64,000 bases of DNA, taken from contig CM119266.1 in the NCBI GenBank assembly GCA_051294375.1, forward strand, positions 11,349,654 to 11,413,653. Reading direction: 5' to 3'. The stretch is from Paraspadella gotoi. Taxonomy: Eukaryota; Animalia; Chaetognatha. Below the pieces are notes generated by a model. It did no database searches. It was not told the origin of the DNA and saw nothing but the letters and a program-made list of their open reading frames with translations. The position numbers and the translations under genes were made by a program. Below, piece by piece: positions 52,423-64,000 of the stretch (the stretch's first letter is position 1; each line of letters begins with the position of its first letter).

Positions 52423-53781
52423 AAAGCAGGCTCGATCCCTATTGCTTTTAAGATTTTTTTCCTTCTTTTTTTCCCGCTTTTAACATTTTTTTTCTTCCTT
52501 CCTCCGGAACGAATCGCCGTGAGAACCATTTCGCAAATGGTTCAAACGACAAAGAAAAAGGGGGAAAAAAGGCGGACAATGGAACAGTTTAATTTCTTCG
52601 TCTTCGTCTGAACTTGCGAACGCTGATTGCTTTCGCTCCTTTTCTTTTCTTTTTTTTATTTGTTTGCAGTTGCTGCTTTATTTGTTTGAAGAAGAGCGAG
52701 CGTCGAATGAATGCGACAACGCAAAACGCAAAAGATAAATACCATTGACAATATATTTTTTTTGGTTTTTTTTATTAATCGATAAAAACGAGAAACAAAT
52801 CAGAGTCGATAAACGAAGAAAAGCGAGAAGAAAAAGAAAGTAAGGGACGACGTCGATGGCGACGAAGATTACGACGACGACGAAAAACCGGATTTGTCCC
52901 TTAACTGATTCAATTCTGGCAACTCCCACTTTTCACTCTTGACAGTCATCGCTTACCCTTTAATAATTTCCCACGTTCAGTCGGGCGCAATGACATGGAA
53001 ACGAGAGGGCGAGGTTTTCCATATCTGAAAGAAAAATTGGCTCGACATTGATATTTGAAATGACTATTTCACATATTTATATGACTATTTCACATACACA
53101 GTAGTAATTTATTTCAAGTCAAATTTTAATCTAAAAGCCAATGTTTCTCTTTTTGTTATCTTTGCGCGATAAAATAATAGAAAACTTCTTCCTCTTTAAA
53201 ATTTTCTTCAACTTTTTCCGTCTCGGAAAGTAAATTTTTTTTCTCGAAAATCCGGCCGCCGGCGAACGACTCCCTCGGAACCGTTTTGGCTTCCGGCACC
53301 TCGATCCTTGATGCTCTTTCTTTCTCGCTTTGTTTCGCTCTCGTTTCTTCACTGCTCCATTTTAATCCACTCTAATGAATTCACTATTCACTCTCATTGT
53401 AACACTGTGACAGTCGCATCCCCAACTTTGTTTACATAATTGTCTCACTTCCTTAATCACCTTCCTCGACTCTTTTTTTTTCTTCAAAACCGAGTCATTT
53501 ACATTGATGTCCTCGTTGCTCTACTTTCATCTCTCGACTACTCCACTCTCCCTTTGTCTCCGCTCCACTCTTCTAGCTCCACTTTTTCCACACTTCATCG
53601 CTCCAACTCCTCTCTTCTTCGATTCGGTTTTCCCTTTTATTTTTATTGCGTTTTCTCGCTTTTATTGGAAGCTTTAGCGTCGCTCCCATTTGTTGGAGGG
53701 AACTCGGGGGAGAGATTGGAAGAAGGAGAAAGAGAGAGACGGAGATGTAAAGCAGAGTGAAAGGTGAAGATAAGCAGTCTG

Positions 53782-53830
<49 letters not shown>

Positions 53831-54020
53831 CCTTGGCGTTGCGCCAAAGCGACACAACAAAGAGTTGATAAAGAAAAGTAACTTTATTTCTTATGAGGAC
53901 GATCCAACTGCCTAAAGCGGTTTATAAAAAAAAATTGACGTTTGATAGACGACCATGTCATGAACGAAACGTGAGGATCTTGCTGTCCAGCTGTCTGTTC
54001 ATCTGTCTCCCGAACTGTCA

Positions 54021-54054
<34 letters not shown>

Positions 54055-54079
54055 CTCTATCTCTTACAGCTTGACTAAC

Positions 54080-54268
54080 CCCATATCTCACGAGATCCGT
54101 GACTCCAATTTCCGGATCGCAATCGTGACGTTCAAACCTCACTCTCGCTCCCTGACCTTGGATGGCGATTCGTGTTTGCATCTCCTCTCGCGTGCGCACC
54201 TTCTCCACCGCGTGCTTGCACACGCGACTAAATCGCTCTCTCGCACGCGCTCGCATTTCAGATCGACC
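54080..54268 (-). CDS. Candidate exon, product unknown
   Basis: aaatttag| acceptor, open frame RSEMRARARERFSRVCKHAVEKVRT...DLVRYG, and |GTTAGT donor. Confidence 0.25.
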
Positions 54269-55075
54269 TAAATTTCCATTTTCGTTTCCTGGTGACTGAT
54301 TTCCGTCGACTTCCTAGAGCCATTTAAAGAACGAGAACCGCGATGTCTGTCGAGCGCGCGCGTGATTACACGCAACGCACGTGCAGAACGAATTCGCACG
54401 CGCAGAAATTCAACGGCAGCGACGCGATCTTTCCGCGTCTCGTCCCTTCAACACCCCACTTCTTCCCCTTCAACCGCCCTCGTCCCCAAGTTCCCTCTCT
54501 GTCGTTCCCTCGCGATTTATTCTCGCGCTAAACTCGGGACGAAGCGTCAGGGCGTCGCGAGAGAGAGAGAGAGAGTTGACCCAGTTAGTTTTGACTCGGT
54601 CGCGACGAGAGAGTATTTTGTATGAAATTCACGAAGCCGGGAAGTGTTAAGGACGACTGCGGTTGTGAGGCATTCACTAAGACGACGACGACGACGTTTA
54701 AAACGATATCGATTAAATTAGAGCTCGCGCGAGACGGCGGAACTTCTTTGCGGGCAAAGCGGATATCCTTCCCGGTTTTAGTCTTCCTTCTTACTCCGCC
54801 ATTGAGTTTTTTTGATGCAGAGAAAGTTTCCCCGTTTTATCGGATCCGTTGGGGGAAAATGACTGGATTCATAGAATATTTAGACGAAATAATCGAACAT
54901 GCTTAGATTTCAAATGATTTAAAATCGATTTGTCACAATGAAATTCTTAGAATATATAACCCTACACGGTTTAACCTTATCGCTGCGTGTAAAAAAAAAA
55001 ATTTTGACAAGCGTTGAATATTAATTTGGATTATATTTATACATAATAAAATAAAATTAGCAAAACTGTTAGCAT

Positions 55076-56758
<1,683 letters not shown>

Positions 56759-57936
56759 TTCGAATTTTAGGAGATGGGGGCTCGAGTCTGGTTACGGACC
56801 TGTATGGAGTTTTTTCTCTTTTGGTATGTTCACGAAACAAATTTAAAAAAAAAACTAGTAGTGGTCGAGAAAGTCGAACTGGTTTTTTCGGATCCGGAAA
56901 ATCAAGTCACTGGTGGAACCGTTGGATCCTTGATTGATTCGGTCCCGGTCGTCTTGTGGCTCAATGGAATTGGCTATTCGTCAAGCACAAACATAGAAAG
57001 AGCAAGCAATCAGATCGTTTCGGATAAAAAAAACTATATTAAAGACAATACATAATTATTTAGAAAGCAAAAACCCCCTTCTCCCATTTTTTGGCTTTCA
57101 ATCTTTTAATATATCTCTCTTCGTTTTACTTTCTTCATAATTACTCCTCACCAGCCTTGATGAGAGCATCGAGAGAGGCCATGAGATGAGTGAGATGCAG
57201 AGAGGACGAGCAGAGAAGGAGAGATGGATGAGGAGCAGAGACGAGAGACGAGACGAGGGGAGAGACTGAGGAGAGCGTTGACGAGAGACGAGAGAGTGAA
57301 TGACCTGAGGCGGAGTTTGAGCTCGACTAAATTAATTTTGACTGCGAAATCGACAATTAATTATCCTGGATTCGATTATCGTGGAATTTTGAAAAGGGGA
57401 AGGATTAGGATTATGTTTAGCAAGGGGAGGAAAGGCAAAGGCAAAAAATGAAAATGACGAAAAATAAAGGGAAAAAAAACATTTATAGTACGTATGATAG
57501 CATATTATGATAAATAGAAGTTAGTAAATATGAAATAATAATTCCCAACTGCGACAAGCTTTCGAGTTCCGACGCTTAAAAAATGAATTAATGTTAAATT
57601 TTTTTCTGAAGACTCGAATTAGTTCATGATTTATTCGACTTTCGACATTTTTACTTTTTTTTTTTAATCTCCACATTTCAAAGACTTTTTTCCATTTGCA
57701 TTTTAGAATAAAAGAGGCGGGGTCATCCTTCTCTGATCTCGACGACGTACAAAATGTACAATAGTAATTTTAAACAAAAATAACGCATAAAGATGGTACA
57801 ATACAATGCAAAAAGGTTATAACTTACAAGGGAATATGCCGATTTCGTTTTTGCTCTGACTTATCCCAATAATTTGAATAACATGAAGCGCTTCTGATTC
57901 TGCGTGGTTCATATCGCGCTGGAATCGCATTGTAAT

Positions 57937-57977
<41 letters not shown>

Positions 57978-59632
57978 ATAATCCCAACCCCCACTCTCAC
58001 TCAAGACGCCGGGCGGCCGGGGTGATGCCCGAAACTTGTCAGCCTCGGCGCCGACTCTTTTGGAATTCCACCGCCGATTCATATGCGATGGCATATAAAG
58101 TAGGGCGGTTTTAAAAGCGTTTTGTCGCTACGCGCGAGATGGCATATAAAGTAGGACGGCTTTTAAGGCATCCAATGTCGCCTTGAGTCGAAGATTTTTT
58201 TTTTTTGAAAGGGGATTCGTCCAAAGCGGGAGGGGGGAGTTAACTAGCTGGAGACACGTTTTAAATTACGACGAATTTTCGAAATTTTATTTCTTTTCCT
58301 ATGTTTTTCTTTTTTATTGGCACCGTATATTGTGATTTTATATTTGTAGTGGGGCATTGCTTAAGTTCACCCCGCCTATAAGCGCTACTCTTTTAGTTGT
58401 GACCCGGTGGCTCTTTGAGTAAAGCCGTCAGCTTATGATTACTAAGTACTGCGTTGAAAACCCGATACCTAGCCTGCGCGAAGCGGTCGCAAGCCGCCTT
58501 GGGGGCGTAGAAAACCTGCTTCCAACGGGATTCCTCCCACGGGAATTCCCGTTTTGGACGAATCCCGTTTAGGAGGAATCCAGGTGGGAGGAATACCTCG
58601 GCCACCAGAAAACCAACAAGCCTAGTATTAAGTCCGGAACCGTTCAATGGTTGCTAGAGAGGATTAAAGAAGTTGCGGATAGCTCTCTTTAGCCCACTAA
58701 GCACATTATTCACATATTTGATTTAAATGGAAGAACCGCTATTACAAGAGAATTCAAATATTAAAATGAACTTGGGAGCATTATTTAAAGCCGACGAAAA
58801 ATCGCAAAAACAAAATTTTTTCTTCAAAATCGTGGAAATCCTATAAAAGCAGCTTTGCTAATAAATATACAAAAATTATTAGTTCCTCGCAAAAAGCCGC
58901 CATTAAAACAACATAAACAACCACAACAACAACAACAACTGCGGCAACAAAAGCGTCAGCAGCGCCATTAACGGAGCAAATATGGCGGAGGAAATTTGCG
59001 ACTTTGGAAGTGTTCTTTTTTGTGGGGGAAGGGAAAGCGGAGGGAGTAAAAATTAGAAGAGGAGACAGAAAGGGATGATGAGGCGAGCCTGAGTAAGGTT
59101 TATTTTAAGTATACTTAATATTATACATAATAAAGTTATATACATATTAGCTTCTAAAAAAAAAATAGTGTTAGTCTACGGGAAATTTATGAAAATCAGA
59201 TATTTTTTATTTTGTCAAAATATTTTTGACAATGTTTGATTGCATTCCTGATTTCAATAGAAGTAAAATCTGAGTTTGAAAATTCCCTAAAGAAACTTGA
59301 GGCTTAATTGAATGAACAAGAAATGTACTCCTAAAAAAAAAAGCGAATGAAGAACGTTAAAATTTTTTTAAATTGCTAAACTCAAGCGAACATCGCGAAA
59401 ACTAAAAAGAGAAAGGGTAAGTGAATTTTTTGGGTGAGGCATCGGAGCGAAACGGAAAAAAAAGTGTGAGCGAAGACCATTATGAGGAAAGAGCTCGGCA
59501 CAAAAAAATTCCGCGAGATGGGGGAAGGGGAGAAATGTGGAGGAGGAGAGGGTACACTCGTAATCCGAACTCCGGATGTAATTTGGATCGCGCAGGAAGA
59601 AAATAGGCGAGCTAGCGGGGAACAAAGCCGGA

Positions 59633-59681
<49 letters not shown>

Positions 59682-59697
59682 CGAAGAGAAAGAAGGA

Positions 59698-59729
<32 letters not shown>

Positions 59730-61347
59730 AGAGAGAAGAGAGAGAGAGAGAGAGAGAAGAGAGAGAGAGACATAAGTGAATTGAGGAACGAGGCCGGAAT
59801 AAGCGAATACTGAAAACCGGGAACGGAAAATGCTTGAAGCCGAAGGATGAAATTCGCCCCTGAATGGAGATAAGGGGGGCGGTGGGGGAAGGGGGAAAGA
59901 AATCTCCCTCTATATCCGGACCTCTTCTCCGGGCGATATTTTTTTTTTGAAAGCTGTTTTATGTAACAGTTTCTATTTTATTATTTTGTTAAAACTATAA
60001 TTTGATAGAAGATCGAAAGCTTAAACTTTTCTTTCATTCGGCAGGGCGAGATCTAAACGACCTTACCCACCCTTTCAAACTACCATGACCTTCTTTTTCA
60101 GGCCCTGCCAACCACCAACCCACCCACTAATCACCACCACCCATTAAATCCCATTTCTCTTCTATTCCTTTGAATCCCCTTCCCTTATTATGTAATCTTT
60201 TTTCTTTTTTTTTGGGGAATCGATTTTATCGGAGTTTTCTTCCTGTTGTTCTGACGCCGAGACTCCCGTGCGCGGTTTTTTTTTTTTGTTGTTTTTTTTT
60301 TTTCTCTTCTCTCTAACGTTCGCGCCGGGGGGACAAGGGTGAAGGGATGGGAGAGGACGGGGAAAAGGCGGGAAAGAGAAAGGGGAAATAGGATCGAGAA
60401 GAAGGAATTAGAGGTGGAGGTGTGAGAAAAATATTATGGGAAGATAGACAATAAGGAAAATAGGCGGCTGGAAAAAGGAAGGAGGGTCTCGGTGTTAGCG
60501 CCACTTCTAAGCCAGTAGTCAAGATAGTTTGCTTATTTAATAAGTGGATAATTATTTCATAAGAGATAAATAATATAAATGGAAGAAAAAAAAAGGGGAT
60601 GAGAAAGCCTAGGAAGGCAGGATGAAACTAAAATCGGGGGGACAAGCAGAAGGAAAAATAATAAGAAATGGAGGAAGACTAGGAGAGGAATTCTCTAAAA
60701 TTGAATCGCATCTCTTCAGATGGTTTTCGCTAAAGTGTAACCTTGTTAAATCTTCTTAAATCTTGAGGAGGAGGCGAGGAAAGTTTTATCGCGGAAACCT
60801 CGTAAAACTAAAAAGTAATCAAATTCACTTTTTTTTTTATTTAATATCTTTTCTTGGGTTTTTTATTTTAGCGATACAAGAGGGGCGATGAAAAAGTAGT
60901 TTTTATCTCGAACCGGCGGCGCGTGAATAAAAGCAGAGAGAGAGAGAGAGAGAGGCAAAGATATACGGCGAGGCGAAGGTGTCGAATAACAATGGCGCCT
61001 CTTTTCTTCTCCTTCCGATGTTCTTTTGTCGAGGCAAATCGCTAACGTAGAAACAACCATGGGAACAAATATTTCTGAATAAAACAAACTTGTTGATCAC
61101 CACCTCACCACCATCTTCAACCACCATCTTCCTCCAGCATTGTCGTTTTCGTCATCTCTTGCACCATCGCCTCGAATCGGCGCCGCATCCAACATATTCG
61201 CCGCCGCAGCCGTCGCCGCAGCCGTCGCCGCGGAGGCCGCTCCGCTAAAACCGCATGATTGGAAATGGAATGGAATTGATTTCCTCTCCTCCCGAATTCC
61301 ACGGAACCAGAACCAGAAGCGACCCCAAGCTTTTCCGCGAAAATCGA

Positions 61348-61417
61348 CCAATCGAAAACCAGCTCTGAGTTCGTCCGGCCAATCACGATACGGTTCTGGA
61401 ATTGGTGTTCAGCCAAT
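61348..61417 (+). promoter_or_regulatory. Three regularly spaced CCAAT (NF-Y) boxes in a CpG-rich patch
   Basis: CCAATC at 61348, 61379 and 61413 (spacing 31 and 34 bp), plus ATTGG at about 61258 and 61401. Confidence 0.4.
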
Positions 61418-62249
61418 CGCGGATCGAGGATCCTCCGCGTTTCTTAGGATTCTCAAAAATTCTCTCAAGTTTTAAATTTTTTTTTTTTCGGAGTTCGAGG
61501 AGGTAAATAATTTAGGCGCCGAATCAGAGGGGAATTGCAACAGGAGCGTTCGAAGGCGTTATCTCGATTTTGCAGAATATTCTAAGCGCGTTAATGAAAT
61601 GCAAAACAATTCAAGATTCAATATGCTTAAAACTTGTATGCTTTAGACATTTTCGATTAAGAATTTCATGATTTAGTTTTTTCTCTCTTNNNNNNNNNNN
61701 NNNNNNNNNNNNNNNNNNNNNNNNNNNNNNNNNNNNNNNNNNNNNNNNNNNNNNNNNNNNNNNNNNNNNNNNNNNNNNNNNNNNNNNNNNNNNNNNNNNN
61801 NNNNNNNNNNNNNNNNNNNNNNNNNNNNNNNNNNNNNNNNNNNNNNNNNNNNNNNNNNNNNNNNNNNNNNNNNNNNNNNNNNNNNNNNNNNNNNNNNNNN
61901 NNCTCTCTCTCTCTCTCATTTTAAAAACAAAATATTATAAAATAAAAATACATTGAAGAGCGTGAATCCACGAAATTGAATTCAAAATTAAAGTTTTTGT
62001 TTGTTTTTCAACTCATATTTTAAGGATTTCTTAGAAATGAGATAAACATCCGGATTCCGAATACAACAAAAGAACATACAAAAAAAATAAGGGAAAAAGA
62101 GAAGAAGAAGAACAACAAGACAAAAAACCATCCCCCGTGGGCGGAGAACCAAGTATGAATGATGAAATTGCTCAAGTGAAAAATGAGACAAATAGATAAA
62201 AGCTAAAACGACGGGCAAAGTTTCCGATGATAGTAAAGGAAACTGGGAG

Positions 62250-62287
<38 letters not shown>

Positions 62288-64000
62288 ATTCAAAAAAAGA
62301 TTGATTACCGTCTTTTTCCATAATATTTTTTCCATATTTTTTTTTCATTCGGCGAAAAAAAAACCCTTTTTCTTTCGGCCAATTTTTCTTGCACCTTCTT
62401 CCACTTCCTTTCGTTCGGTTTTCAACTCTACGGAACTTCTTTCCTTCTTTTTCCTCTTCTCTCCCCTTCCTCTTCCACTTCCCTCCCGATCTTCCCCTCC
62501 TCTTCCTCTTCGTCGGAGTTTTGATTGATTACAGCCTCTTCAGTCTCTTTTTCCTCGAATCGACCCTCTACCGGAGAATTCCCTCCCCCCCCCCTAAAAA
62601 GAAAAAAAGTTCGGGACCCACTTTACGCTCACCCGCTTTTCCACCCTCGACTCTAACCTACCACCAAGAGTCGCCCCCCAACCCTTTTTCTCGTTAGAAC
62701 TTACCTACTTTTCTCCCTTATCTCCCTCCTGACCCGGAAAACGCGTTTCCTCCGCCCAACGCCGTCTCACGCATATCAATCAACGACTCTCCGACTTCCG
62801 GAGCTTCTTCGCCGCGTCACCGGGAGTTCCCGGGTTCGCGACTGGCCTTTATAAATCTGTACCGACCATCGAGTTCGTGAATGCCGGATCCATACCGAAC
62901 CGTGGGTTTTTCTGCTCTTATGTTCTGTTTGGTTGAGTGGGACAGATTAAGCGAAGCATTAAGCGGAGCACACTGTCTCATCTTTTCCATAACTTCCTCT
63001 CGACTAATTGCTCACTCAATAACTCACCCTCACCCACCCAATCGGCCTAAATCTTCTCTTCCTCCTCCTCCTCTTCCTTCTGTCCCCCAAACAATTCGCC
63101 CCCGAAACCAGACGTTGACTATTAGGCCGTTCGCCTCCGAGTCTTTGGCGCCGAAGAGCGGTNNNNNNNNNNNNNNNNNNNNNNNNNNNNNNNNNNNNNN
63201 NNNNNNNNNNNNNNNNNNNNNNNNNNNNNNNNNNNNNNNNNNNNNNNNNNNNNNNNNNNNNNNNNNNNNNNNNNNNNNNNNNNNNNNNNNNNNNNNNNNN
63301 NNNNNNNNNNNNNNNNNNNNNNNNNNNNNNNNNNNNNNNNNNNNNNNNNNNNNNNNNNNNNNNNNNNNNNNNNNNNNNNNNNNNNNNNNNNNNNNNNNNN
63401 NNNNNNNNNNNNNNNNNNNNNNNNNNNNNNNNNNNNNNNNNNNNNNNNAATCGATTAATCGTTTCTATAGATTATGGATTTATAATTAATGTATTGTCGC
63501 CTTTGGCATCGATCCAAGCATCAGTTGTAAACAAAAGGGAAATACACCCCCTCATTTCTTCGGTCACGACGGTGTCATTTGGCAGATTCAACAGATGGTT
63601 GGGAAGGCAGACAATTCTTGCAAGTGATTCTCCGGCACAAAGATTCTCTCTCTCTCTCTCNNNNNNNNNNNNNNNNNNNNNNNNNNNNNNNNNNNNNNNN
63701 NNNNNNNNNNNNNNNNNNNNNNNNNNNNNNNNNNNNNNNNNNNNNNNNNNNNNNNNNNNNNNNNNNNNNNNNNNNNNNNNNNNNNNNNNNTCCTCCCAAA
63801 ATCTAATATCCACTCCGAGGACCAATAACAACCCCAACGTTTTCCGCTTTGTATTCACCGCCTCACGAATGAGAAAGTCTCGTAAGGACGAACCCCGCGA
63901 CACAATAACCCAGAAATAACCCACCTTTCGATTCTTCTTCTTCGCCCCTTACCCTCGTCCTTACCTCACCTCACCCTCCCACCTCCATCTCCGCTCGGTG

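Noticed and set aside
62720-63924. Possible exons near the window end
   Set aside because: Broken by long N gaps; strand and frame cannot be determined and no motif was recognised.

Overview
Eukaryotic (metazoan, invertebrate-like) genomic DNA from a noisy draft assembly. It is rich in (GA)n/(CT)n and other microsatellites, has many exact 25-N gaps, and has indel-riddled segments that look like uncorrected long-read gap fills. Most ORF-track entries are microsatellite artefacts. Supported genes: (1) a spliced minus-strand aquaporin (55076-56758; NPT/NPA boxes, AQP8-like GACMNPAR) whose second intron appears to have a non-canonical GA donor or to be retained in frame; (2) two copies of a 3-exon minus-strand sulfotransferase-like P-loop gene (about 29100-31138 and 45684-47700) inside an ~8 kb duplicated block. 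The most striking structure is present in only one copy of that block: a ~4.8 kb nested insertion (36267-41033). Its outer part is a non-autonomous Transib-like element with CACAGTG termini, a probable 5-bp target duplication and an RSS-like right end (heptamer, 12 bp, ATTAAAACC). Inside it sits a Penelope-like retroelement (RT + GIY-YIG remnants) flanked by ~570-bp inverted pseudo-LTRs, each carrying a minimal hammerhead-ribozyme motif. A solo hammerhead-like motif (49414-49460) and a fold-back palindrome made from the hammerhead 3' half (25996-26138, 42689-42829) occur elsewhere. Other features: a 70-bp minisatellite, an array of ~60-nt hairpins spaced by GA tracts, a probable PIF/Harbinger remnant, MITE/HINE-like elements, and RFX X-box and CCAAT motifs. 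No CRISPR, rRNA or tRNA recognised. All alignments were done by eye, and coordinates in noisy regions are approximate.
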